Below are positions 25,601 to 37,570 of a DNA stretch of 64,000 nt, one piece after another (the stretch's first letter is position 1; the number at the start of each line of letters is the position of its first letter). A program made the position numbers and the translations under genes. The notes beneath the pieces are model-generated. The model was not told where the DNA came from and searched no databases. It was given only the letters and a program-made list of their open reading frames with translations. The stretch comes from Callorhinchus milii (Eukaryota): the NCBI RefSeq assembly GCF_018977255.1, contig NW_024704743.1:101744001-101808000 (forward strand), in the 5' to 3' direction.

Positions 25601-26269
25601 AGTAAATATATCTAAAAAATGTAAACATCAAAATGTCTTTTTTGATCTGAGAATTTTTCTTTCTAGATTCTATTTTCTTCTTCCCTATTGTATGTGGCCT
25701 ATTGTATTTTAACTTTATATTTGTTCTTTTCTACCAATTCTAACCTTTGCTCACCCGATTCAAAACACTGGGCCCCACACCTCCTCCTTTTGTTTGTTGG
25801 TGGAGAAAAGGGAAATAATCGTGACATTGTGACATTTGAAAAACCATTTGAAAAACCATAGGTACATTCTCTCCCTGGAGGGGGGTGTCCTACTTCCCTA
25901 ACGTAAGAGTATTAGGCGTAGGTGGGAGAAAGCTCAGGCTTTGCGATCTCAGAGTGTGCTCCAGTTTAACTAGCTAAAACCATGTAGGAGTGAAAATTAA
26001 TCTGGGAATATAATTTAAGCTCTTTAAATAAACAGCAGTGTTAACTTTCAAAATAGTGCAAGGAGTGGAAGTCTTAACAAGTGACAAAGTAAGGAGTTTG
26101 ATATTACTGTCACACTGCTTATTGAGTTCAAATCCCTGACTGTCCAGCACCTTGAGATGTTCTCCTGATGTGAAAAAAGCTATACAAATGTAATTTTGTA
26201 TTGCATTGTTTTGCTTTTGTATGTCATAATGAATTAGCTGAAACATTTTTTGGGAAGAGGGCGGGGGGT

Positions 26270-26615
26270 GCACGGGTCAGTTGGGTGGTCCGGAACATCA
26301 CCACATGTCACCTGCACGTGGAGGTTTCCCTGTGTCTGGAATGGAATGTGCATCCTTTCCCTGGAGGCACACACCCTGCAAACCTAATTCCAGAGAATAT
26401 TAGGCACAGATTGGCAAGAACCATGGCTTGGGGGCACAGTGTGTGCATTGGGATACTGCTGGAGTCTAAACCAGCTAAAACTTCATAACTTTGAATTGAA
26501 AGCACTGACTAGGAAGTTTTTCTGCTGCTTGTCCAGCTAGGACCGCCCTAGCCATTAGGGTTTTGTTTTGCAGGTTTAACGGGAGCTGGGTAATGAGAAT
26601 CCCTGCCTTCAGTAA
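26270..26615 (-). repeat. Repeat X
   Basis: GGGATACTGCTGGAG, CTGCTTGTCCAGCTAGGA, AATCCCTGCC. Confidence 0.72.
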
Positions 26616-27839
26616 ATAAAACGGTTAATTTAATTTTAATTTCAATGTGAAGGTTCTTCACTTCCAGAAAATTAGACACACATCCAAACAACACATATAA
26701 TGAGTGAGTTGCCATTATTTTGTAGAGACACCGTGAAGCAACAGTTGAAAAAGAGCAGATTCACAGGTGTCGGTTGTGGGTTTTTCTTCATTGAGTCCCA
26801 GGCGAAAGCTATTGGGGGGGTGGGGAGGGTGGATGCAGCTGGACTATAGGAAGCTTTAAAAGCTGAACAAGACACTCTTTGAAATACCGCATACTGCATT
26901 CAAAAGCACTGGGTCCCACATCTCCCCCCTTTTACGTTTGTTGGTTGTGAAAAGCAAAAGATCCTGTGCGATTGTGACATTTGAAAAGCCTCAGGATGAA
27001 ATGCAACAAAACTGAAGCTTTATTGAATTCACAAAGAGAGGAAGACTTAACAAATGACAAAGTGGGGAGTGTGATACTTGAAGGAATTGACACAGCATCT
27101 GACATTTTGATTTAGACAGATGACTAAAATGTCACAGCCTTCAATATGGTCTGTTTGTTTCCTGGTAGAGAGAGATAGAGAAAGCACATAAAGTCTTGTT
27201 TCTGAAGCACAGAGTGTTATTTAAATGTCTGAATTGTATTGTACATCAGAAAGAAAAGTCAGGAAGGAATACTGATATAATTAATTTCTGTCATAACCAA
27301 CTCCGTCTCCAACTCTTCATTCTGTGCCCACAGGCAAGCTATGTGTTATTAGTTGGTAGAACTTCAGCAGGACCTCATTGCATCTCAAACAATCCATTGC
27401 ACCCTCAGGGCTGCATTGAAGTGTCAGCCTGGACCTGTTGAAGGTGTCTCAATTTGCAGTGACATTTCCCACCCTATTTTCTCTTCACCTCTGTAGTGTA
27501 GTGTTTCACCACATACTGATCCATTATCTCCCTAGGCCTCCGAGGTGCCTTAATCTGCATGGCATTTGTAATGTTTGATGCAAATGCTGGATTATTATGC
27601 AGGAGGTGTTTATGGGGAGGATGATATCACCGAACCTGCAAAATGGGAAAAACTCTCAACCAATAGTGACTAGCCTGCTTTGGGGAAAGGATAGGCAGGG
27701 TCTTCTTGGAGCTGAATCGGTTCTAAAGTGATGAAAGAATATCAGAATCGAGCCAACCCTCTGTGGCAGTCTCAGTAGTCTGGTTCCTTAACCAAACAGA
27801 TCTGCAGTGCTCCAGGTCACTGCTGATGACAGATCAGCC

Positions 27840-28240
27840 AGTCTGGCTCATTGGGAGGATTCAGAGGGGAAAACAGTCACTTGGGGGCAGGGGTTCTTTC
27901 CACTCAGCTTCTGTTCACCCTACAACCCAAAGCCATAGAAGGAAACTTGTTAGACAATACTTTACAGACTATGCGGTTTTAGCTGGTTAGACTCCAGCAG
28001 TATCCCAAAGCACACTCTGGTCCCCAAGCCTTGGCTCTTGCCATGTGCTTAATACTCTTTAGATATAGGAAAGCAAGCTACATCCTTCCAGGGACAGAGT
28101 GCATAGAATTCCATTCCAGCCACAGGGAAATGTCCACGTGTAGGTTGCATACATATGTGGAATTCTCATTCTGGATTGGATATTCTTGAGCAGGGTGATG
28201 GGTTTCTGTTTGTATCAATCATCCAATAGACCAAAAAAAC
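27840..28240 (+). repeat. Repeat X
   Basis: CAGTCACTTGGGGGCAGGG...CTCCAGCAGTATCCCAAAG...CCAAGCCTTGGCTCTTG...GTGATGGGTTTC. Confidence 0.72.
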
Positions 28241-28387
28241 TCTCTCATTTCCATTTTCTCAAGATCAATTGAATGCTCTACAGTTTATTTATGCAATGGA
28301 AATTGCACTCAAATGGTCAGTACACTGTATTCATTCTCGATTTCACTTGTACTTATTGGTATCAGCTCCCGCAGCGAGTAATGTTTT

Positions 28388-28505
28388 TTCAGTTCTGATG
28401 AAGGGTCACACCCAAAGCATGAACCTCTCTTATTGTTTCAGATGCCAATTGACCTGCTGTGCATTTCCAGCAATTTCTATGCTTTCTTTCAAGTTTCCCT
28501 ACTGG
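28388..28505 (+). mobile_element. Second, more decayed copy of the PLE-like terminal repeat
   Basis: AGTTCTGATGAAGGGTCACACCC...AGATGCC..TGACCTGCTG.GCATTTCCAGCA parallels 29240-29324. Confidence 0.62.
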
Positions 28506-28642
28506 GATTATTTTCGTGCCATTTGCATCTCCTGTGTGTCACTTTCATGTGTGCCACAGTCTTAAGTGACTGCCCACATAAAACATGCACTGCTGTTTTG
28601 ATTTGGACCGTGGTGGGTCGGATTGATAAGGCAAGCTAGGAT

Positions 28643-29012
28643 GCAACAACAACAACAATTTGCACTTATATAGTGCCCTCCATACAGGGTAGTGTCTCAG
28701 AGTGCTCAGGCGGAGCTTGACTCTGATGTGGGGGGAGGGGGGCGGTGGCCGTAAGCACAGGAAAGATTTCAGGCGGAACCTGAAAGAATGGAGCGATGGG
28801 GCGAGGCGGAGGGATTGAGGGAGAGTGTTCCAGAGTTTTAGGGTGTAGTGGTTGAAAGCATGACCTCCGATGGTGGGGCGGTGGGTGCAAGGGACGAGCA
28901 GGAGGCCAGTGTCAGTCAAGCGGAGGCGCCAGGTGGTGGATTGGGGAGTAAAGAGGTCGGAGAGGTCGGGAGATGCCAGGGAATAAATGGATTTGAACTT
29001 GAGAGTGAGATG
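28643..29012 (-). mobile_element. L2 LINE 3' fragment
   Basis: RPTIGGHAFNHYTLKLWNTLP; (CAA)n tail. Confidence 0.82.
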
Positions 29013-29074
29013 CTGTGCTATATTACCAAATCAAGAGAATTCTGGATTACCGTAACAGTTCTTGTCACATGACA

Positions 29075-29722
29075 TAAGGAGACTAGCTCTAGAGGTAGTG
29101 CAGAAAAGATCAACTAGGATGAACCCCAGTGTCAGAGGAAAATGCAAAATACTGCAGATGGTGGAAATCTGAAAACAAAAACAGAAGTCGCTGGGAACAC
29201 TCAGCAGGTCAGGCAGCATTTATGGAGAAAGGAAAGTCGGTTCTGACGAAGGCTCGTGGACCCGAAAAGTTGACTCACTTTCCTTTCTCCATAGATGCTG
29301 CCTGACCTGCTAAGTATTCCCAGCCCAGTGTTAGAGGGATGAGCGAGGAGCAACAGTTAGACAAACTAGCTCTTGAAAAGAAACATCTCAAGGGAACTTT
29401 ATAGAGATATATAAGATTTTAATTAGGATTTACAAAGTAAATTCAAACCAATACTTTTAAGGTAGAACAATAGGATTTAGGTTCAGGGTTGTAAGAGAAG
29501 TTTCAGGACAGATCAGGAAGTATTTTTTATCGAAAGGGTAATTAACAACTGGAACAATTCCAGGAAGTGTGGTTAAGGCAAGGACGCTAAACATTTAAAA
29601 AATATCTAGATATCTGTGTTGAGAAGATATTCTGTATTATGTTGGGTAGGTATTCTGTAAAAATTAGGTCAAATAGGCCTAAAGACACTTCTTCACCTAA
29701 AGCTCCCTTGTGATCTTATGAT
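29075..29722 (+). mobile_element. CR1 LINE 3' fragment interrupted by a palindromic insert (29139-29323)
   Basis: EVVQKRSTRMNPSVRG / MS..QLDKL, equivalent to ERVQRRFTRMIPGLRGLSYEERL. Confidence 0.72.
29139..29323. mobile_element. Palindromic Penelope-like (PLE)-derived insert with hammerhead-like core and 14-bp TSD
   Basis: 48-bp arms 29190-29237 / 29277-29324 (45/48 complementary); loop CTGACGA...GAAA; TSD CCCAGTGT(C/T)AGAGG at 29125-29138 and 29324-29337. Confidence 0.75.
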
Positions 29723-29939
29723 GTGCTGCTGGACAGAATGTTTTTGCTTTTAATCTGCTTTTCATTTTCATTCTCCTTTGGGGGTTGGGAGGTAACCAGG
29801 GTCACTTTGTGACTGAGCTGTCTCCGAGGTGATATGCCTTACAATGGAATATTGAAACAGTGTTGATCCTGTGTTTTGGTTTAATTCCTGAGCTGGGTGA
29901 ATCCGAAGCACTTGAAGGCATTGCGGATGGTAGACAAGT

Positions 29940-30400
29940 AAATTTGGCTCATTTGCATGATTAAGAGGAGCAAACCAGTCACTGGGGCAGGGATTGTTCC
30001 CACTTGGGTCCTGTTAATGCTGGAAACCAAAGCCATAATGGTTATTGTTTTCCTAGCTGGACAAGCAGTGAGATGCTTGCCAGATAATGATCTCAATGGC
30101 AAGATTTACTGCCTTAGCTGTAGCTGGAGTATTAAGCTCCAGCAATACCCCCAACACACACTCTGGGGTCTCCAAGCCTTGGCTCTTGTGAACTTGTGCG
30201 TAATCGTCTCCAGGATTAGGAAAACAAGGTGCGTCCATCCAGGAGTGAGTCGGTAGGTACTCCATTTCAGACGCAGGGAAATTTCCATGCATAACTAGAG
30301 TACAAATAACACTCAATCTAGTTTGGATACTCTTAAGCATGGTGATGGGTTCCTGTATGTATTAGTCATCCGGCTGACCCACCCCCCAAAAATTAGAAAG
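29940..30400 (+). repeat. Repeat X
   Basis: CAGTCACTGGGGCAGGGATT...TCCTAGCTGGACAAGCAGTG...CCAAGCCTTGGCTCTTG...GGTGATGGGTTCC. Confidence 0.72.
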
Positions 30401-31990
30401 TTGTCTGCCCTGGTGTCACTTTTTTCAGTAAACAACGACACGCAATTCTCTTGCACACCTAGGGCTTCGATCATGATCGATCTTCTCCAGAATAAAAAGA
30501 ACTATCTTTCCAAGAAATTAGTTTTAAAATGAGAATGTCTGAAAGAACTTGTCCAAAATGAGATGGATGCAGATTCTCAATATGTGAATGAACTCCAACA
30601 CTTAAATAGCTCTGAATTCTAATTTGATTTTACTATTCATAAGGAATGTGGACTTTGTTAACCAGAGTGTTGAAGGAAAGAAAAAATCCAGTTAAAGCAA
30701 AGTTAATGAAAACAGTTGACAAAGTCAAATAATATAAGAAACCTTGCACTTGATATAATGCCTTATCACATCACTAATATGTGTGAATGCACTTCACAGG
30801 ATTTATTGTGAAGTCCAGTCACTCTACATTTTGTAGGGAAACAAAGCAGACAATTTGGGGGCAGCAATGTCCCATATACAGCCATAAATCAATGATTAAT
30901 TTTACCTGCTCCCATTTTACCTTGTGAAATAAAATTTCAAAAATAGTCTTGTTTGGAGCTGTTTACTATAAAGATGTTTGCATTTAATACAGACAATGGT
31001 AACTTCCATAGTTGTAGAATACTTTATTCATTAATATAAAATCATCTTGAGTTTAGTGGTTGGTGAAAACTGCTGTGTGCTCCCTATGTTTTTCGTAATG
31101 CTTCAAAAATAGACAACCTTTCACAGTACATCTGGGAATAATGATCCTTTTTTAGATCTTTCCTTGTTGGCAGTGAATGGCAAGGTGTAGCTGTGTCATT
31201 CTACAAGGTGCTATCATACTTGCTAAAGTGGGCCAGGTACACCTTGAAAAAATGACAAATTAACCAAGGGGTGGATTGTGTTCAGCTGCTGCATCCCTCA
31301 GGCTTCAGTGTCAGGATGTAACTGTGCTGGAAATTTGCGGTTCAGGAAGCATCATCTCATTTCAGCATCTGGGTCAAGTATATTATATATTTCAAACTAA
31401 TGCTGGTTGATGCACTGATTTCACATTGAAGAAATGTAATCTGATTATCATATCATTGTGCTGGTGCATATTGATCACAAATGGCATGATTTCACTCTTG
31501 TATCATCTATGGAATTTATTTAATTTTACTCATACTTTTCTCAAATTAGCCTTGATCAGTTCATTTGTTTGCTTACAAATACCCAGTCACTACACTTTGC
31601 AGAATATCCTGTGTGGAATCCTCTCATAGTGAAAGGCGCTGCAACAATGTAAGGATTTCATACAAATTGCTCATTTCTGTTCTGCTTTATCCTCCTATTA
31701 CTAGATTATCAATATTGATTATAATACTTGCATTTGGTGTAGGGCCTTATCACATTGTTCAAAAGCTCTTCACAGGATTCACTCTAAGTGCACCAAGTCT
31801 GTATTTTATAGACGAACACAGGACCCAATTTCTCACAGCAATGTCCTAAAAACAGCCATCAAACAAATCACCAATTTTATCTGAGGGATTGTCGGCCAGC
31901 TCCAATTGTGCTTTTGGGCTGTTGCAATTGAAAGATAAGCACTCTGAGACACCACTTCGCATGAAAAATGCTATATAAGTCCTGTATATA

Positions 31991-32308
31991 TGTGGAGTCC
32001 TATAGCTCAGTGGTTAGAGCACTCGCTTTGCAAGCGAGAGACCTGAGTTCAATTCCAGGCAGGGTGAAACCTTGGGCAAGTTTCCTTACTCCACATGCCT
32101 AATAATAATCCCTCCAAAACCCAAAACAATAATAAAATTGGTCATTTTCAATCTACGATTGTTTGTGGGACATTGCTGTGCGCAATTGGCTGCCGCGTTC
32201 GCCCACAAATATACAGTCAATTCACTTTACAGTGTGTTCTGTGAAGCACTTTGGGACGTCCTCCCGACGTGAAAAGCGCTATATCAAATGCAAGGATTAT
32301 TATTATTA
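31991..32308 (+). mobile_element. SINE family C, full length
   Basis: TGTGGAGTCC head with A/B boxes through to (TTA)n. Confidence 0.92.
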
Positions 32309-33359
32309 TAAATAAAAGCTGATGTTGTTTCAGCTAAGACTAAAGATGTTTTAAAATATTTCATTTTTAACCTTAGATAATTCATAATTTCTCATATATA
32401 TATCTTTAAAATTAAATTGCCCTTTATTTGTATGTAATTCCATAAATTTGTAGATTGCTTACTAAGGAACCCAAATTTTTTTTAAATATGTGGTGAAAAT
32501 AGCGAAGTGTTTCTTTTAATAGATTCTGTTAAGAAACCTCATAATTTTCTTCATATATATATCTTTAATCTCTTTGGTTCCTTAGTAATAGTGCCACAAA
32601 TAGTTAGAACTGAACCCGAAACATGTAGTAACAATCTCTACTCTTTCTTTTCACTTTTATATTAAAATGAACGGTATTAGACTGTGATCTGCATTAGTGC
32701 TCCAGAACAGTGAAGGCAAATGTAGGAGAGCTAATGGATTGTGATCTTCTTTACAGATTGTTGGACTAAAGCACTTTGGCTTAAGCTTTTTATGTTTCAG
32801 TCAATACAAATAAATACTAAGCTTTTCTATTTTTGTTCAACAATGACTAATGCACCCTTAATTCCAGAAAAGACGGAGGAATTTGCTGCATATTTATTTT
32901 ATTCAGACGTCAGAAAGATAAACTTGTTAAAGGTACAGATGCTTGTTTGCCACCATTCTTTTATATCATTATTCCGCTTTCCAAATGTTTTTGGGGGACA
33001 AAATCAGCTCCATCCCATGCAGAGCTTACTTCGTTTTTTATATAAAAAATAAGTCATTTTTAATTTGAAGTACTTGATTGAAATATCAACAGAAGCGTTC
33101 AGCACTGTAGCCTCTGCACCTTTGGTATCTCTCCTGATTTGCAAATTCTAATACAAAACTGTCTATTTGTTTTCAGACTATCAATAAATATTTCCTAAAA
33201 AAAATTAATAATACAGAGGGAAGCCAACAAATTAATCTGCAAACAAAAATCATGGACAATTTCTAATAAATACAGGTTCTATAATAAATGGCCTAGAAAA
33301 TACATTTGCACATATTTAATTCAGTATATGAAGAATTCTTATGAACATCCATCCTCAGT

Positions 33360-33663
33360 TAAAACTGCAGTGCTCCCCAATTTAAAGTTTGCGTATTGAA
33401 AGAACAGTGCTTGTGAGACAATGTTGATGGAATCTCTCGCACAGTAACATCCCAAAAGCAGCCATGCATAAAGTGACCAGTTTTATCTGGGGGATTGAAA
33501 CTCCCTTCCCTATTTGAATAATGCCATGGGATCTTAAACATCCGCCTGATCTGGCAGATGGGACCTCGGTTTAACATTCACCCAAAGGACAGCATATTGC
33601 TGCATTTGAACCCACACCTCTCTGACTCGGTCAAAAGTGCTACAATTGAGCCAGACTGACACG
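33360..33663 (-). mobile_element. Deu-SINE family A just downstream of the KCNV1 stop (sense orientation)
   Basis: GCCATGGGATCTTAAACATCCGCCTG...GGGACCTCGGTTTAAC...GAGCCAGACTGACAC. Confidence 0.78.
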
Positions 33664-33777
33664 TGCTGTACGAATTTAATGAAATTTAGGAGCAAAAAAC
33701 ACCTTGAATTGTTTTGAAATTGTGATGCGCTGCAGCTTTCAATAAGGTATATAAATAGCACAATAGCTTTCAATTTG

Positions 33778-33783
33778 TTTATT
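33778..33783 (-). promoter_or_regulatory. Candidate proximal polyadenylation signal (AATAAA) of KCNV1
   Basis: TTTATT on plus strand ~40 nt past the stop; alternatives at 32893-32903 and 32423-32428. Usage unknown. Confidence 0.3.
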
Positions 33784-33823
33784 CTATGAACAAATTGTTC
33801 ATTTAAAGAAGATACCAGATAGG

Positions 33824-34332
33824 TCACCATATGTCATCTCCGGCACTGCTTCTTGTACTTTCTCTTTCGCGGCTCTTTATCCGCAACATTTCCATAATAC
33901 TACGGGCGTATATGTCCCTCAGGTTAATGTTGACGGCAGTATCGGAAACTGAATTCTTGGTGAGCTTCTTCAGAGCTTCACGGTGACGCAGGGCTGCTTC
34001 TTTCATCTTCAGGGTAAAGTAACACGAGGAAAACCTGTCATTTATAATAGCTATGGGCAGTGACAAAACCAAAATGCCAGTCAGAATGCACAAAAAGGCT
34101 ACTATCTTCCCAATTGTGGTTTCAGGTCGAATGTCTCCATAGCCTACAGTGGTCATGGATGTGGTTGCCCACCACCATGCACAAGGGACACTGGAGAAGG
34201 TTGTGTCAGGGACAGTGTGCTCCACAGCATACTCCACTGTGGAGAAAATAGATATGCCCACTGACAGAAAAAGCAGGAGCATCCCAACCTCCTCGTAGCA
34301 CAGAGCGATCGTCATTCCAAGAGACCTCAGGC
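33824..34332 (-). CDS. KCNV1: Kv8.1 coding exon 2 (S5, pore, S6, C-terminus)
   Basis: Acceptor TTATGTGTTTTTCTACAG|GC completes the split Gly codon (HST-G-LRSLG). Contains WWWATTSMTTVGYGDIRP, S6 VLSLPIAIINDRF and C-terminus LRDIYARSIMEMLR...GDDIW*, TGA at 33826-33824. 943+509=1452 nt = 483 aa plus stop. Confidence 0.96.
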
Positions 34333-34779
34333 CTGTAGAAAAACACATAATAAAGCAATGATTTTCAAATACTGTATCCAAGTCTAATTTGCACAAGACG
34401 GTGGGAAGCACTAGTTGAGATTATTCACAGATTGCAGTATTTTTGATGACTGTAACACAGCTGAGGAGTCAAGTGGCACTAGGTAAACCACTTGAGGTTG
34501 AAGCTGTTATCTGAATGCAAGTAAGTTGTCACTCCCACCTACATCCTGTATATAAATTAATTTCACTTTTATTTCACTTCATTGAATCTATTATTCTATT
34601 TTCAAAGAGCCGGCACTTACAAGATGGGCCAAATGGCCTCCTTCTGTGCTGTATAATTCTATGATTCTATAATTTATCAATGGTAACTGGTGATAAATTT
34701 ACCAAAAGAGGGCTTAAATCTGCACTCATTAGATGTTGATTGACCAACTCTTGGTTATCCGCCTTGCCTTCCCAAAGGA

Positions 34780-34865
34780 GTATTAGATGCAGATTGGCAA
34801 GAGCCAAAGCTTGCTCCCCCAGTGTGGGCATTGGGTACTGCTGGAGTTTACCATTCAACCCAATG
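34780..34865 (-). repeat. Repeat X fragment in the KCNV1 intron
   Basis: GATTGGCAAGAGCCAAAGCTTG...GGGTACTGCTGGAGTT. Confidence 0.6.
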
Positions 34866-35724
34866 AGGCTTTGGCTTGCAAGGTTACCAAAGGTGAATGG
34901 GAAGAATTATTGTCTCCAAGTCCTGTTGGTGAGCCAGACTGGCTGGCACGGAAACCGAATAAACCCTGTCTATGTTATGGTCTAACAGGAAGGACTGCAT
35001 TGTATTCTCTCAAAAGATAAAATAGCTCTGTTAATTAACTCTAAATACTCAATAATTTTCTTGATTTGATTTATATCTAACAATCTGGTTAGGAAGCTAA
35101 CTCATGATTCGGAAGTAACCTTATTGTTGAAAATGTAATTTAAAATTTAAAATTTCTACCTTCATTGATTGACTTTAAATTTAACATTTGAATTCTACAT
35201 ATTCAAAAGACGACTTAAAAACTATCTCTTCAACAGAGCTTTTGGCTACCTCTCCTCTGTCTTCCTTAGCTCCACCACCAACTCCCTCTCCAGTTCTGGC
35301 TTCCAGTCAGTTGTGCGAAATGTTTTTGAGATTTCTAACCAATGTGAAATGCAACATATATAAATATTTGTTGTTCTTCTCTGATATTTATCTAATTGTT
35401 TAATAGAAGCTTTGAGATGTGTGTTTTCACTTAGCAATGAGCTGATTGTGAGGATAATAATTTACTGGTCTCTCAGGCTCTGCTTGTATAAGCAGAAGCT
35501 TGTGCTCTAAGATGATTTTCCCCCTCAACACATTTCAACAACAGCAACAAATACATTTGCAGAAGGAAGCTTAGCTTATAGTGTTTAGGGAGCAAGGATA
35601 ATTCATCAATGAATCTCTTGAACAACAAATAGAGATTCTACCAAAAATCAGATTACCCATGTATTTTGTTATTTTAGCATTACCATGAAGGCACAAAGCA
35701 CACAGCCACTCCACTTTACAGAAT

Positions 35725-36490
35725 ACAACAAGTTGCATTTATATATCACCCTTAATAATAATAATAATAATCCTTGCATTTGATATAGCGCTTTTCACGT
35801 CGGGAGGACGTCCCAAAGCGCTTCACAGAACACACTGTAAAGTGAATTGACTGTATATTTGTGGGCGAACGCGGCAGCCAATTGCGCACAGCAATGTCCC
35901 ACAAACAGTCGTAAATTGAAAATGACCAATTTAATTATTGTTTTTGGTTTTTTGGAGGGATTATTATTAGGCGTGTGGAGTAAGGAAACTTGCCCAAGGT
36001 TTCGCCCTGCCTGGAATTGAACTCAGGTCTCTCACTTGCAAAGCGAGTGCTCTAACCATTGAGCGACAGGACTCCTTCATGCTGGGCAGCGTCCCAGAAC
36101 GCTTGACTGTGGCGGAGTCTGACCCCGAGCCAGGGGTGAGGGAGAGGGGAGGTGACTATAAGCACGATCAAAAAAGGTTTTTGGGTGTGATTTGAAAGTG
36201 GGGAGGGAGGACGCAATGTGGAGGGATTGAGGGAGAGAGTTCCAGAGTTTCAGGGCACAGTGGCTGAAGGGACAGCCACTGATGACGGAGAGGAGGGTTC
36301 AAGGGACAACCAGGAGGCTGGAGCCAGCTGAGCTGAGGCAGCGGGTAATACAGTGGGACAGGTAGATCAGACAGGCAGGGAGGTGCGAGGGCATGAAGGG
36401 ATTTGAAATCGAGTGAGAGGATCTTGAAGTCAATCTATTCGGTAATTGGGAGTCAGTGGAGACTAGCAAGGACTGGTGTGATGGGATATC
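35725..36490 (-). mobile_element. L2 LINE 3' fragment split by SINE C
   Basis: GAGAGAGTTCCAGAG, GATCTTGAAGTCAATC, GAGTCAGTGGAG (LWNSL, IDFKI, LHWL equivalents). Confidence 0.8.
35753..36075 (-). mobile_element. SINE family C, full length, inserted in an L2 3' tail inside the KCNV1 coding intron
   Basis: Full family sequence; the flanks rejoin as L2 tail ATATATCACCCTT/CATGCTGGGCAGCGTCCCAG. Confidence 0.92.
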
Positions 36491-37199
36491 CTATGAAGCA
36501 CTTTGAGATGTCCTTCCAATGTTTTTTATTTTAGCAATTATATCAAAATTTTGCTGAGTCTCACAGAAGCATAGAAATTCACAGAAGAGGGCCATTTGGC
36601 CCATTGTGCTACTTCTTATAAAGAGCAATCCCTTCACTCCCAGTTACCTGCCCTTTCTCCATACCCCTTTGGGATTGACCAGATGGACAACAATGATCCT
36701 TGCTGGTCTGTATATTCCTTCCTGTGATCTGCAGGGCAGCAGGTTCAAAGATGCCAAAGGCTGGCTCAATGATGACTGCAAGTGGCATTGGGCCAGATGA
36801 GCTTCACTGAATCGGGAGGAGAAGGAGGATTATTGAAAGGGACTTTGCCAGGAATGGAATGTCCAATGGTCAGGTACCACTCCTTCAAACAATACTTTGT
36901 AAGATCTTGACTGTTCTAAATTTGAAGCTACTTTGGACAATTTGGCTGTGAATTTGGCTGCTATGCTCATCACAAGTAGAAACAAGCAAAAAAAAATATG
37001 GGTTTAGGTCATCTGAGAGGCATTTTGTTACAATTTAGAAAAAAGCTGATATTTGGATTAGATATAAAAATGTCTTTCAAATTTTAGTAAAGAAATAAAT
37101 AGTCTGACGTGTGATTTTATCAAATACAGTCACTAAAACTGTATCATAAAAAAATCCTGTGATGTGCTCTGAGATGTTCTCCAGATGTGAAAGTTGCTA

Positions 37200-37570
37200 C
37201 AGATTAGACAAGCTCGAGCTTTTCAAACTTTGAAGACGAATCAAGGCAGTATGTAAAATGTTAAACGGAATTGGAAAGTAAACCCAGATCAATACTTTGG
37301 GATACAAGACAGTAGAACAAGCAGAAATAGATTTAGAGTTGTAAAGGGCAATTTAAGGATAGATACCAGGAAGGTTTTCCTCATGCAGAAGACATTAAAT
37401 GACTGAAACAGGTTGCCAGGAAAGGTGGTGGAGGCCAGGACACTGGACTCACTTAAAAGAGCAGCTTGTTGTAGGGATGAGAGGATGTGGTAAGGTGGGT
37501 GTTCTGGAAGGATGAGATCTGATGCACTGAAGGGCCTTTTGCATCTAAATCAATCTTGTGATCTTGTGAT
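37200..37570 (+). mobile_element. CR1 LINE 3' fragment
   Basis: AGATTAGACAAGCTCGAGCTTTTC...; ATCTTGTG x2 tail. Confidence 0.65.

Noticed and set aside
34333..34411. N-terminal extension MLPTVLCK...CFST of the 195-aa ORF
   Set aside because: Intronic read-through upstream of the acceptor at 34334-34333.
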